Assembly: GCA_027019685.1 (NCBI GenBank)
Contig: JALUWH010000201.1
Location: 1 to 43,816, forward strand
Reading direction: 5' to 3'
Origin: Ghiorsea sp.
Lineage (GTDB): Bacteria; Pseudomonadota; Zetaproteobacteria; Mariprofundales; Mariprofundaceae
Length of the DNA: 43,816 nucleotides
Made by a program: the position numbers and the translations under genes
The notes under the pieces: model-generated
The model's input: the letters and a program-made list of their open reading frames with translations, nothing else
Told to the model about the DNA's origin: nothing
Databases searched by the model: none
Shown: piece after piece, positions 27,854-37,844 of the stretch
How the letters are laid out: the number at the start of each line of letters is the position of its first letter
How positions within the stretch are numbered: the stretch's first letter is position 1

Positions 27854-28392
27854 TGTTTTTCCTCAATTTCCATATGTACGCCACCCTGAACAACAACCCT
27901 ACCTTGTTCTTGCCATACACGCATGTTTTTACCCCTAATCACCATGCCTTCTTTTTTCATCACAAATGCATCGGGCACATATAACATGTTTTTTTTCTGA
28001 TAAACATACAGTGTTTCACTGCGTAAATCCCAACCATGATAAAATACAGACACACTACCTTTGAGGTGAACTACTCCCCTTTTTTTATCATAATCACCCG
28101 TATCCCCTTGAATGGGAATCACCTGACGTGAAGCGGTATATAAATCAATCAACGGTTGTTCTAAAAGCAATATGTTTTTCTTTTCCACCGCACTTTTTGC
28201 CTGTAAACGCCAATTTAAGCTGTCCCCTTGATATGCTTTAATATCAGGGTTGGTTACACGACTTCCTGATTGAATCGCAGCCACATCCAATACTTCTTGT
28301 ATGCTATGTTTCGCAGTAAGCATAAAATATGCAGCCAGCAATAAACTACCAACACTTAAGACAACAAAAGACCATTTTAAGCCTGTTAACAC
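27850..28392 (-). CDS. lptC: LPS export protein LptC
   Basis: N-terminal TM helix plus beta-jellyroll; synteny kdsC-lptC-lptA. GTG 28392 chosen to avoid overlap with kdsC. Confidence 0.78.
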   Translation of the reverse strand: MLTGLKWSFVVLSVGSLLLAAYFMLTAKHSIQEVLDVAAIQSGSRVTNPDIKAYQGDSLNWRLQAKSAVEKKNILLLEQPLIDLYTASRQVIPIQGDTGDYDKKRGVVHLKGSVSVFYHGWDLRSETLYVYQKKNMLYVPDAFVMKKEGMVIRGKNMRVWQEQGRVVVQGGVHMEIEEKQ

Positions 28393-28397
28393 GATTG

Positions 28398-28958
28398 TTA
28401 CCAGCCACAGTCCTGTGATGTAACACCATAAGCCTGCTCTAAAATTTCTTCCCAACCACCATTGGCTAAAATCAAACCTTCACATAGCTGTCGCACGGCA
28501 CCTTGACCACCTGCATATTCAGAAATCCATGCAGCATGTTTCAATACGCCTACAAAAGCATTACATGGTGCAGCTTGTAAACGACACTGACGCATAGCGG
28601 GCAAATCAATAACATCATCTCCCATATATGCACAATCGTCAGGTGAAATACCTACTTGTTCACACAAATCCTTCAAACCATCTGCTTTGCGCAAGCTTCC
28701 CTGAATCAAATATTGGATGCCCAAATCCGCCGCTCTATGTGCCACCACTTTAGACTTTCGCCCTGTTAAAATTGCAACTTCAATACCTGCTCGCTGCAAC
28801 ATTTTAATGCCATGCCCATCGCGCACATTAAAATTCTTAATTTCATCACCACTATCCGTCATGGTGACATGTCCTTCGGTAAGTACGCCATCCACATCCA
28901 AGACCAACATTTTGATGCCTTTGGCAACATTTAAAGGAAAATTTTGATACGAATTCAT
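28398..28958 (-). CDS. kdsC: KDO 8-phosphate phosphatase
   Basis: LDVDGVLT, FNVRDGHGI, GDDVIDL and GGQGAVR motifs. Confidence 0.95.
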   Translation of the reverse strand: MNSYQNFPLNVAKGIKMLVLDVDGVLTEGHVTMTDSGDEIKNFNVRDGHGIKMLQRAGIEVAILTGRKSKVVAHRAADLGIQYLIQGSLRKADGLKDLCEQVGISPDDCAYMGDDVIDLPAMRQCRLQAAPCNAFVGVLKHAAWISEYAGGQGAVRQLCEGLILANGGWEEILEQAYGVTSQDCGW

Positions 28959-29938
28959 GCAATACCCGCCTGTAATAAATCGTGAAGGTGCACCACACCC
29001 ACCAACTCATCGTTTTCATTGGTGACAAACAAAACAGTCACCTTTTTCTCTTCCATCATGCGTACAGCTTCACTGGCCAAGTGTGTATCTGTAATCGTAT
29101 GTGGTGAAGCATGCATCACTGAAGCAATAGGAATAGTCATGTCCAACTGCCCGTCCTGTTGTAAAATTCGCCTCAAATCCCCATCGGTTAGACAGCCTTC
29201 TAACTTCTTAGCTTCACCAACGCCTGTAATCCCCAAGCGGTAACTGCTCATAGTATAAATTGCATCAGAAAGGTGGGCTTGTGGGGAAACCATGGGGATT
29301 TTATCACCCACTTGCATCACATCAGCCACCAACATCAAACGTCTACCAAGGCTACCTGCAGGGTGAACGCGCGCAAAATCTTCGGGTTGAATACCTCTGT
29401 GTTTAAGCACCACCACTGCCAGTGCATCACCCAAGGCTAAAGTCGCGGTCGTAGATGCTGTAGGTGCTAAATTCATCGGACAGGCTTCTTCTGTAACAGG
29501 GATGTGCAATAAAAAATCAGCATGTTGTGCTAACGTAGAAGTTTTACCACCTGTCATCGCAATAATGGGCGCACCTAAACGTTTAATCGTGGGTAGCAAT
29601 CCACAAACTTCATCCGTCTCACCACTGTGTGATAATGCCAACACAGCATCATCACTGGTAATCATACCCAAGTCACCATGTTGTGCTTCTGCAGCATGCA
29701 CAAAAAATGCAGGTGTACCTGTAGATGCAAAAGTTGCTGCAATTTTTCGCGCAATAATGCCTGACTTGCCCATACCTATAATGACAAGTTTTCCTTTAAG
29801 GTTCAAAATAAGCGCAGCAGCTTTAACAAAATCAATATTTAATGCTGATTTTTGCATCTCCAAAGCTGCTATCTCTATATTAAGTACCCTTTCAGCTTGA
29901 GCAACCCACTCTTCTTGATGTTGAATATCATTAGTCAT
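28955..29938 (-). CDS. kdsD: Arabinose 5-phosphate isomerase (SIS + CBS)
   Basis: GMGKSG, EAQHGDLG, EACPMNLAPT, HPAGSLG and TDGDLRR motifs. Confidence 0.95.
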   Translation of the reverse strand: MTNDIQHQEEWVAQAERVLNIEIAALEMQKSALNIDFVKAAALILNLKGKLVIIGMGKSGIIARKIAATFASTGTPAFFVHAAEAQHGDLGMITSDDAVLALSHSGETDEVCGLLPTIKRLGAPIIAMTGGKTSTLAQHADFLLHIPVTEEACPMNLAPTASTTATLALGDALAVVVLKHRGIQPEDFARVHPAGSLGRRLMLVADVMQVGDKIPMVSPQAHLSDAIYTMSSYRLGITGVGEAKKLEGCLTDGDLRRILQQDGQLDMTIPIASVMHASPHTITDTHLASEAVRMMEEKKVTVLFVTNENDELVGVVHLHDLLQAGIA

Positions 29939-29941
29939 GAT

Positions 29942-31207
29942 TCATCCCCATGCGTTTAACTGACTTTGCACAGCCATTAATTGCAGCATTTCTTTAGCTT
30001 TGAGACGAAAAGCTGTTAATTCTGTTTTAGGAACTGGTTTGGCAGCTTTATATTTCACTCGCAATGGGTTCACAGCTCTTCCCCTAGACCTAAACTCAAA
30101 ATGAAGATGAGGGCCCGTAGCTAACCCGCTCATACCCACATATCCGATAACTTGCCCCTGCTTAACAAAGCTTCCTTTTCGTATGCCTTTTGCATAACGA
30201 GACATATGTGCATAAGCCGTTGAGTGAATACCGTTGGTATGTCTGATTTCTATAAACCGCCCGTAACCACCTTTCCAACCTTTGTAAACAACTTTACCAT
30301 CACCAATAGCATGAATTGGTGTGCCTGATTTGGCAGCATAATCCACACCTCGATGAGCTCGTGTATACCCTAAGATAGGATGTTTACGGGATACTGTAAA
30401 ACGAGATGATATGCGTGAATAACGAACAGGTGATTTCAAGTATGTCTTGCGAAGGTTTCTTCCTTCCGCATCATAATACTCAATATTACCTTTTTTATCG
30501 GTATAACGTATGGCTGTATAGACATGTCCCCTATTGGTAAACTCCGCGGATAAAATGGTATAATCAACCCGCTTACCTTCATCATCAAAAGATTCTTCAT
30601 ACAACACTTTAAAAGCATCACCTTTGCGTAGGTCGCGAACAAAATCAATATCCCATGCGAAAATATTAACCAGTTGAATCGTTAAAGCATCTTCTAAACC
30701 TGCCTTACCAGCATCATAAAATAAGCTATCTTGAATAACACCTTCCACCATGTTTGTTCGGCTAAATAATGGTCGTTGTACAATTTCTACCTGCCATGTT
30801 TTACCTGGTTGAGATGTTAAAACCAAGCGCTCTTTTGCATCTATTTGATAAGTAATTTCTATGTATTGATCACTTATCTTTTTCTGAAACTTATGACCAA
30901 TACGTATATTTTTTAAATTATAAACGGATACAGCAGCATGGATTACATTAGCTGCTTCTGATGCTGGCAGCCCTAACCTTGCCAAAACTAGACCAGCCGT
31001 GTCACCACTTTTAACCACCTCTGTTGTTTCAACATCATGGTTGGTTTTAATTGATGGCAAAATCCATTCATGATGTACCACAGGTGTATCATCACGCCCT
31101 GCATTACCTTGTATTGATGTTATAAACATTACAAATATCAAAAAAAGTATTGTTGCTAATAAAAAGCTATATTTCCCCCACCTTGTTATAAAAGAATTCA
31201 TAGACAC
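29942..31207 (-). CDS. M23-family peptidoglycan DD-endopeptidase (MepM-like)
   Basis: N-terminal TM; HRGVDYAA, YAHMS and ATGPHLHFE zinc motifs. Confidence 0.9.
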   Translation of the reverse strand: MSMNSFITRWGKYSFLLATILFLIFVMFITSIQGNAGRDDTPVVHHEWILPSIKTNHDVETTEVVKSGDTAGLVLARLGLPASEAANVIHAAVSVYNLKNIRIGHKFQKKISDQYIEITYQIDAKERLVLTSQPGKTWQVEIVQRPLFSRTNMVEGVIQDSLFYDAGKAGLEDALTIQLVNIFAWDIDFVRDLRKGDAFKVLYEESFDDEGKRVDYTILSAEFTNRGHVYTAIRYTDKKGNIEYYDAEGRNLRKTYLKSPVRYSRISSRFTVSRKHPILGYTRAHRGVDYAAKSGTPIHAIGDGKVVYKGWKGGYGRFIEIRHTNGIHSTAYAHMSRYAKGIRKGSFVKQGQVIGYVGMSGLATGPHLHFEFRSRGRAVNPLRVKYKAAKPVPKTELTAFRLKAKEMLQLMAVQSQLNAWG

Positions 31208-31211
31208 TTGG

Positions 31212-32066
31212 TTATTGGTAACCTCTCAAACTTTTTATAATTCTATCCAACTCTTGTTTGTGGGCAAAAGCAATCTTCACTTCGCCTGAACCATCTTTTT
31301 TTCGCGTTAAACTTACCGATAAACCTAAATTTCGTTTTAACTCTTCACTCAGAGCTAGAATATCAGCATCAATTTCACTTTTTGCAGGCTTAGAGGTATT
31401 CGCTTTTCTAGCCTCTTTTTCCATTTGCCTTGCGCTCCAACCTTTCTCAACACAAGTTTTCGCCAGCATAATCGCATCCGCACTAGCAAGACCAACCAAT
31501 GGTCTAGCATGCCCCATATTAAGCTTTCGTTCCTCCAACATAAGTTGTACGGCTTCTGGTAACTGCAAAAGACGAATTAAATTACTCACCTGAACCCGAG
31601 AAACACCTATACTTTCAGCCACCTGTTGCTGCGTATAATTAAACTCCTCCATCAACCTTTTGTAGGCACGCGCAGACTCTACAGCTGTTAAATCATCACG
31701 CTGTTCATTCTCCACAATAGCAAGTTCTAATGCCTGTAAATCATCAACTTCACGAACTACAGCAGGGATTTCATGTAGCTTCGCCATTTGTGAAGCACGC
31801 CAGCGACGCTCGCCTGCAATCAACTCGTAGCCATCACCCTGCGGGCGAATCAAAATTGGCATCAATACACCATCACGTTTAATAGAATCTGTGAGTGCTT
31901 GTAACTCACCCTTATCAAAATTTGAACGTGGCTGATACTTATTTGGTTTAATTTTAGATATTGATATCAGTGTTGCCTGCGCCAAAACCTCAGGTGTTGG
32001 TTTATCACCCAACAATGCATTCAATCCTCTTCCCAAAGCTTGTCTCTTCTTTTGTGGTGTTTTCAT
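31212..32066 (-). CDS. parB: Chromosome partitioning protein ParB
   Basis: LGRGL, PNKYQPR, AGERRWRA, ENEQRDDL and HTH motifs. Confidence 0.96.
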   Translation of the reverse strand: MKTPQKKRQALGRGLNALLGDKPTPEVLAQATLISISKIKPNKYQPRSNFDKGELQALTDSIKRDGVLMPILIRPQGDGYELIAGERRWRASQMAKLHEIPAVVREVDDLQALELAIVENEQRDDLTAVESARAYKRLMEEFNYTQQQVAESIGVSRVQVSNLIRLLQLPEAVQLMLEERKLNMGHARPLVGLASADAIMLAKTCVEKGWSARQMEKEARKANTSKPAKSEIDADILALSEELKRNLGLSVSLTRKKDGSGEVKIAFAHKQELDRIIKSLRGYQ

Positions 32067-32094
32067 AGCTTTCCCTACCCTTCTTTATTACACA

Positions 32095-32886
32095 TTAAAC
32101 AGCAATTGATTCGCGCTGCATCATTTCCTGAGCAACTTGAAAATACGCCTGAGCTCCTTTGGAGCGTAAGTCATGATACATGACTGGTAAGCCGTAACTC
32201 GGTGCTTCTGACAAACGCACATTTCTCGGAACTACTGCTTCATAAACCTGAGCTCCAAAGTATTCACGCACATCCTTTTCTACTTGGCTTGACAGGTTAT
32301 TCCTTCTATCCACCATAGTTAGTAAAATACCTTCAATCTCTAAATGTTCATTTAGGTTTGCCCGTACACGGCGAATGGTATCCATCAACTGACTCAAACC
32401 TTCCATAGCATAAAACTCTGTTTGCAAAGTCACCAACACGCGATCGGAAGCTGTAAGTGCATTAATCGTTAACATATTTAATGCTGGTGGACAATCGATG
32501 ATTACATAATCAAATGGCTCACCCTTATAATTTTGTAAACAGCTTTTTAAGATTTCCTCTCTTGCACTCAAGTTTACCAACTCAACTTCAGCACCAGATA
32601 AATCAATGGTTGCAGGAACTAAGTACAACCCCTCACAGTCTGTTTCCATAATAGCCTCTTGAAGGTCTTCCCCTCGGCTTAGTAACTCATACATTCCTAC
32701 TTTTACTTTGTCTTTATCAACACCCAAACCAGATGTTGTATTGCCTTGAGGGTCTAAATCTAAAACTAAAACCCGCTTATCAAATGCTGATAATGATGCT
32801 GCTAAATTAATGCTCGTAGTAGTTTTTCCAACACCACCCTTCTGGTTTGCAATTGAAAAAACAGGGCCTAAATTTTTATGTTTCAC
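32095..32886 (-). CDS. parA: Chromosome partitioning ATPase ParA/Soj
   Basis: NQKGGVGKTT, DLDPQGN, IIDCPP and RNVRLSEAPS motifs. GTG 32886 is 8 nt after GGAGG; alternative GTG at 32895. Confidence 0.95.
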   Translation of the reverse strand: MKHKNLGPVFSIANQKGGVGKTTTSINLAASLSAFDKRVLVLDLDPQGNTTSGLGVDKDKVKVGMYELLSRGEDLQEAIMETDCEGLYLVPATIDLSGAEVELVNLSAREEILKSCLQNYKGEPFDYVIIDCPPALNMLTINALTASDRVLVTLQTEFYAMEGLSQLMDTIRRVRANLNEHLEIEGILLTMVDRRNNLSSQVEKDVREYFGAQVYEAVVPRNVRLSEAPSYGLPVMYHDLRSKGAQAYFQVAQEMMQRESIAV

Positions 32887-33448
32887 GTGAAACACCTCCA
32901 ACACCTTCTTTTCCACCCTTAATATAACATACAATTCTCTGCATGTTTTTTGGGTGGTAATCCTCTAATAGACACCAGCCAGTAACATCAGGCATAGTCG
33001 CTTCATCAGGAACAGGTAACACTGCCCTACCGCCATCAACGATATGTTTGTCGCACATCTTTAACAAAAGACGCACTTCAGAAACAGCCCTTGCTACACA
33101 CACTGTTGCATTCAGAGGCTCTAAATCATTAATATCAGCATCATAAGCAACAGCATTTAACTTCAGTTTACGTATAACATGCCGTATAAATTCAGTGCGC
33201 TTCTTTCTTCTCTCAACCAAAATACCTGTAATGTTTTCATTATGTATTAAAAGTGGTATTCCAGGAACGCCCATACCACTACCAATATCCAAAACTGTAT
33301 CCTTATCATCAATCCATTTAGACAAGACAACCGATGGTTTAATAAAAGTTTTATAGAACAAAGCTGAATCTTTAATCGAAGTCAAATTCAAAACCTTACG
33401 GAATTTCATCACCTCATCACAATATAACTGCTGTTTATCATCAATCAT
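32876..33448 (-). CDS. rsmG: 16S rRNA m7G527 methyltransferase RsmG (GidB)
   Basis: LNLTS, LDIGSGMGVPGIPL, VERRKKR..F and ARAV motifs; between mnmG and parA. Confidence 0.9.
   Translation of the reverse strand: MIDDKQQLYCDEVMKFRKVLNLTSIKDSALFYKTFIKPSVVLSKWIDDKDTVLDIGSGMGVPGIPLLIHNENITGILVERRKKRTEFIRHVIRKLKLNAVAYDADINDLEPLNATVCVARAVSEVRLLLKMCDKHIVDGGRAVLPVPDEATMPDVTGWCLLEDYHPKNMQRIVCYIKGGKEGVGGVSRET
32879..32894. promoter_or_regulatory. parS: parS centromere site
   Basis: Perfect palindrome TGTTTCACGTGAAACA matching the chromosomal parS consensus. Confidence 0.93.
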
Positions 33449-35358
33449 CACAAATTCCTTTTGAGTTGTGATCGAGACTTTAACCATATCAACATACAAC
33501 TAATAGCAGCTGGTGTAACACCTGATATTTGTGCCGCTTGAGCTAAGGTTTGAGGAAGACTTGAAGATAACTTTTGACGAACTTCGGTACTTAATCCTAA
33601 AACATCTGCATAATTAATATCTGAAGGTATTTGAACTTTTTCTAGGTTTTTAAACTTATCAACCTCAAGTTGTTGTTTACCCAAATAACCATCATAATGC
33701 AATAAAGCTCGTACCGAAACCTCATCTCTAGCATTCAATTGACCTAGTTCTAATAAAGGTAAAACCTTACTCACATCAACATCTGCACGGTGGCAATAGG
33801 ATGCAACAGGCATCCCCTGCTTGGGTACAGGTAAAGATAAACCATTTAATTTCTTTACCCACACTTTACCAGAACCGATAGTAATGTTTTTAATCGACTC
33901 CTGAGCTTTTGTATAAACCTCAGACCTTTGTTGATAACATGAAACCCATGGCTCTTTAAGTAGACCAAGTTTTAACGCATGACCAGATAGACGCATATCT
34001 GCATTATCCTCACGCAACTGCAGGCGAAACTCAGCTCTAGATGTAAACATTCGGTAAGGTTCACTTACACCCTTATGCACCAAATCATCTACCATTACAC
34101 CAATATAAGACTCTGAACGAGTGGGTACCCAAGCATCCAAACCCAAAGCTTTAGATGCCGCGTTAACTCCAGCCAATAAACCTTGAGCTGCTGCCTCTTC
34201 ATAACCTGTTGTTCCATTAATTTGTCCAGCGTGAAATAAACCTGAAACCTTTTTACATTCCAATGTTAATCTAAGCTCTGTTGGATCAACATAGTCGTAT
34301 TCAATTGCATATCCAGGACGAATAATATTTACATGCTCTAATCCTTTTATAGAGCGTAAAAACTTCCATTGAACATCAATAGGCAAAGAAGTTGAAATAC
34401 CATTGGGGTAAACCTCGGCGTGGTCACTACCCTCAGGTTCCAAAAATATTTGATGGCTAGATTTATCTGCGAAACGCACAACCTTGTCTTCTATACTTGG
34501 GCAATAACGTGGGCCTTTACTTTCAATTTGACCAGAAAACATAGGTGAACGTTCTAAATTATCCTTAATAATAGCATGCGTAGCTTCATTCGTTCGTGCA
34601 ATGGCACAATTCACTTGCTTTTGCGTTACCTTGTGATGTAAAATAGAAAAAGGAACTGCAGAAGTATCCCCAGGTTGCTGCTCCAAATTATCCCAATCAA
34701 TAGTTCTTTTATCTAATCGTGGCGGTGTTCCTGTCTTTAACCGACCTACACGAAACTCTTTTTGATAAAGCTCCTGTGTAAGGTGATCAATCGAAGCATC
34801 TCCCAAACGACCCGCTGGAAAACGTTTATCTCCAATATGAATCAATCCACCTAAAAAAGTACCTGTCGTTAAAATAACAGTGGGTGCATAGTGCGCCACA
34901 CCAAAATTATCTACAACGCCCTCAATCGTTTCATGGTTAAATAATAGGTTATTAATACTACCTTGATAAAGATGTAAGCCATCTTGTTCATCAAGCAACT
35001 TACGCATAGCAATATGATACAAACGCCTATCACATTGTGCTCTAGTGGCTTGTACAGCAGGACCTTTACGTTGATTAAGAATACGGTATTGCAATGCAGC
35101 TTTATCAGCTACAACGCCCATCACACCACCCAAGGCATCAATTTCTTTAACCAAATGCCCTTTACCAACACCACCAATGGCAGGATTACATGACATTTTA
35201 GCAATTGTATCAAGGTTTTGTGTAATGAGTCTAACTTTAGCACCACGACGTGCTGCAGCCATTGCAGCCTCACAACCAGCGTGACCTGCACCTATCACTA
35301 AAACATCAACTTCACCATCGGGGTGTTTCACGTGAAACATTTTTTTATTACTAGTCAT
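33448..35358 (-). CDS. mnmG: tRNA uridine-5-carboxymethylaminomethyl(34) synthesis enzyme MnmG (GidA)
   Basis: [39 protein letters not shown] and [16 protein letters not shown] motifs. Start uncertain (35364, 35358 or 35340). Confidence 0.97.
   Translation of the reverse strand: MTSNKKMFHVKHPDGEVDVLVIGAGHAGCEAAMAAARRGAKVRLITQNLDTIAKMSCNPAIGGVGKGHLVKEIDALGGVMGVVADKAALQYRILNQRKGPAVQATRAQCDRRLYHIAMRKLLDEQDGLHLYQGSINNLLFNHETIEGVVDNFGVAHYAPTVILTTGTFLGGLIHIGDKRFPAGRLGDASIDHLTQELYQKEFRVGRLKTGTPPRLDKRTIDWDNLEQQPGDTSAVPFSILHHKVTQKQVNCAIARTNEATHAIIKDNLERSPMFSGQIESKGPRYCPSIEDKVVRFADKSSHQIFLEPEGSDHAEVYPNGISTSLPIDVQWKFLRSIKGLEHVNIIRPGYAIEYDYVDPTELRLTLECKKVSGLFHAGQINGTTGYEEAAAQGLLAGVNAASKALGLDAWVPTRSESYIGVMVDDLVHKGVSEPYRMFTSRAEFRLQLREDNADMRLSGHALKLGLLKEPWVSCYQQRSEVYTKAQESIKNITIGSGKVWVKKLNGLSLPVPKQGMPVASYCHRADVDVSKVLPLLELGQLNARDEVSVRALLHYDGYLGKQQLEVDKFKNLEKVQIPSDINYADVLGLSTEVRQKLSSSLPQTLAQAAQISGVTPAAISCMLIWLKSRSQLKRNL
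35324..35339. promoter_or_regulatory. parS: parS centromere site
   Basis: Second perfect TGTTTCACGTGAAACA. Confidence 0.93.
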
Positions 35359-35480
35359 ATACAAACCATATAAATTACAAAGAAATTTTCTATGGCTAAA
35401 TTACAACTTACTTTAAAACACAACATTTAGAGATAAAAAACATAGAAAAGAAGTATAAGGAGTGTTTTTATAAAAAAACA

Positions 35481-35514
35481 AAAAAAAGGGTGACTTAAGA
35501 AAGCCACCCTTTTT
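35481..35514 (-). terminator. Intrinsic terminator after prk
   Basis: Minus strand AAAAAGGGTGGCTT-tctt-AAGTCACCCTTTTTTT; the single mismatch is a G-U wobble only in this orientation. Confidence 0.8.
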
Positions 35515-35532
35515 AGCATCTTTTTTATTAAA

Positions 35533-36393
35533 TTAAGATTTACGTTTTTCCAACATATCATGGATGACGGGAGAAAAAATCAACTCCATAGCTAACAACA
35601 TCTTACTTGAAGGAACCACTAATGTATTACGCCTAGACATAAATGAATTATTTAACATAGATAACAAGTATGGAAAATCAATACCCCACTTTTCAGGTTT
35701 ACGAATACGAATTACCATTAAACTTTCGTCAGGTGTAGGTACATCACGCGCAATAAATGGGTTAGAGGTATCAACCAAAGGAACACGTTGGAAGTTAATG
35801 TCTGTATGACTAAATTGTGGTGTAATAAAATGAACATAGTCATGCATACGAGATAAAATATTATCAACAACAGCTTCAGATGAATAACCACGCATTGCAG
35901 TATCACGGTGAATTTTTTGAATCCACTCAATATTTACCACAGGAACAATACCAACCATTAAATCGGAATAAGGACGAACCTCTTCAACACCACCGTGTAA
36001 CCCTTCATAAAACAACAAATCTGACCCTTCGCCAATATCACGCCAGTCTGTGAATTTACCAGATTCTACACCATAAATTTTTGCTTCTTCATCATCATGG
36101 ACATAAGTACGTGCCTTGCCCTTACCTGTTTCTCCATATGACTTAAAAAGTTCAGCAATTTTATCAAACAAGTTTGCTTCATCAGAAAAATGACTCAAGC
36201 GTTTACCAGCGGCATCAAATTCTTTTGATTTCTCTTTAAAGGTTAACCTATCAAACTTATGGAAACAATCACCTTCAACAATAGCTGGTGTTACATTCTC
36301 TCGATGAAAGATATGTTCCAATGCTACTTTTGCAGTACTTGTTCCTGCACCAGATGAACCAGTTACAGAAATTACAGGATGCTTAACAGACAT
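35533..36393 (-). CDS. prk: Phosphoribulokinase (proteobacterial type)
   Basis: KHPVISVTGSSGAGT, EGDCFH, LFYEGLHG, EWIQKIHRD..RGYS.EAV and NFQRVP.VDTSNPFIAR motifs. Confidence 0.95.
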   Translation of the reverse strand: MSVKHPVISVTGSSGAGTSTAKVALEHIFHRENVTPAIVEGDCFHKFDRLTFKEKSKEFDAAGKRLSHFSDEANLFDKIAELFKSYGETGKGKARTYVHDDEEAKIYGVESGKFTDWRDIGEGSDLLFYEGLHGGVEEVRPYSDLMVGIVPVVNIEWIQKIHRDTAMRGYSSEAVVDNILSRMHDYVHFITPQFSHTDINFQRVPLVDTSNPFIARDVPTPDESLMVIRIRKPEKWGIDFPYLLSMLNNSFMSRRNTLVVPSSKMLLAMELIFSPVIHDMLEKRKS

Positions 36394-36484
36394 AAATACT
36401 CCCTATTCATTTTTACAAAAACTTTAATGTAATTTTTATTGTGCTGCATTATGCAGTCAAAGTGGTCTAAATATCAAGATAAAC

Positions 36485-37585
36485 CTAAATACGCATCGGC
36501 ATTAATACATGTCGAGAATGCTCATGCTCTTCTTCTAAAAGTAAAGCAGGTGACAAACTGTCTTTAAGTTGAATTCTCACCACAGGGCTTTTAATTGCAG
36601 ACAAAACATCACGCATATACTTCGCATTAAAGCCCACTTCAACCTCTAAGCCTTGGTAAGATATAGAAATATCTTCTTCGGCCTGCTCCTGCTCAGTATT
36701 ATGCGCCGCAATGGACAATTTATCATTCGTAAAGGTCAGCTTTACATCATGCGTAAAATCATTGGCTACCACTAGACTACGGCGCAAAGCTTGATCCAAA
36801 CAATTTTTATCAATACTAGCTGTATATGGATTATCTTTTGGAATAACATCTTCATATACTGGATATTTGGCATCAATCACTTTAGATGTGAACCTTTGTT
36901 GATTAACTTCAATCCTAACTTGTTGTTTTCCAAGAGATAATTTAACATCATCATCAGATTCTTCTGCAAGCCTTTTAATTTCCATCACTGCTTTTTTAGG
37001 AACAATACACTCAGTTTCATCATGGTCCGAATCAAATTTAAATTCACTTAGTGCCATACGATGACCATCAGTCGTTACAACACGAATACCATGCTCTTTA
37101 GAAACTTCAAATAAACTACCAGTTAAATATTTTCTTGTTTCATCATTGGACATCGCAAAACTGGTTGATGAAATCATATTTGCCAACTCATGACCAGGTA
37201 CTTGTATGGTTAAATCTGTTTCATCAGATGGTTCATTAGGAAACTCATCAGCTGGTTTGGTAGCAAGCTTAAACTTTACGCCACCACTGGTGATATCTAA
37301 AAAAGAACCGTTTGTTCTTAATTCAACAGGTGTTTCAGGATTTAATTCACGAATAATTTCAAAAATCTTCTTTGCTTCAACAGTAAATGAACCTGAACTA
37401 AGGACTTCAGCATTTTGTATACTGGTATAAGTTGCTTGAAGATCAGTGGCTGTAAGTTTTAATGTTTGTTCAACAGTTTCAAATAAGATGTTTGCTAAAA
37501 TTGGATTGGTATTTCTTTTTTCAACAATATTTTGACAACGCTGAATTTGTTGAAAAAGTGATGTTCTGGAAATTTTAATATGCAT
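36485..37585 (-). CDS. dnaN: DNA polymerase III beta clamp
   Basis: PILANIL, ATDL, TDGHR, GFNAKY and C-terminal LMPMRI; ATG 37585 preferred. Confidence 0.96.
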   Translation of the reverse strand: MHIKISRTSLFQQIQRCQNIVEKRNTNPILANILFETVEQTLKLTATDLQATYTSIQNAEVLSSGSFTVEAKKIFEIIRELNPETPVELRTNGSFLDITSGGVKFKLATKPADEFPNEPSDETDLTIQVPGHELANMISSTSFAMSNDETRKYLTGSLFEVSKEHGIRVVTTDGHRMALSEFKFDSDHDETECIVPKKAVMEIKRLAEESDDDVKLSLGKQQVRIEVNQQRFTSKVIDAKYPVYEDVIPKDNPYTASIDKNCLDQALRRSLVVANDFTHDVKLTFTNDKLSIAAHNTEQEQAEEDISISYQGLEVEVGFNAKYMRDVLSAIKSPVVRIQLKDSLSPALLLEEEHEHSRHVLMPMRI

Positions 37586-37603
37586 ACTGTTATATTCTCT
37601 CAC

Positions 37604-37844
37604 TTATATTAAATTTAATTATCGTCATCGTAGGCATTGTTTATAAGTAGGATAAGCATGCTAATCATAAACAAAACAAACACTTAAATAAAGTTTTTCG
37701 GTGTATATTTGTTCTCACAACCTGTGGATAGATTGCGGATAATATGCTTTTTTTATTTTTTATCACAGATTATCTTTTCAATCACAACTTATCCACAGTA
37801 TAGTCGTAAGGTTGTACATGTATTTATCCACAGCTCATACGGGT
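37604..37844. other. oriC: Chromosomal replication origin oriC
   Basis: Perfect TTATCCACA at 37789-37797 and 37824-37832; one-mismatch boxes at 37723-37731, 37734-37742 and 37638-37646; DnaA-trio-like run at 37615-37632; AT-rich; visible C-rich to G-rich skew change around here. Confidence 0.88.
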
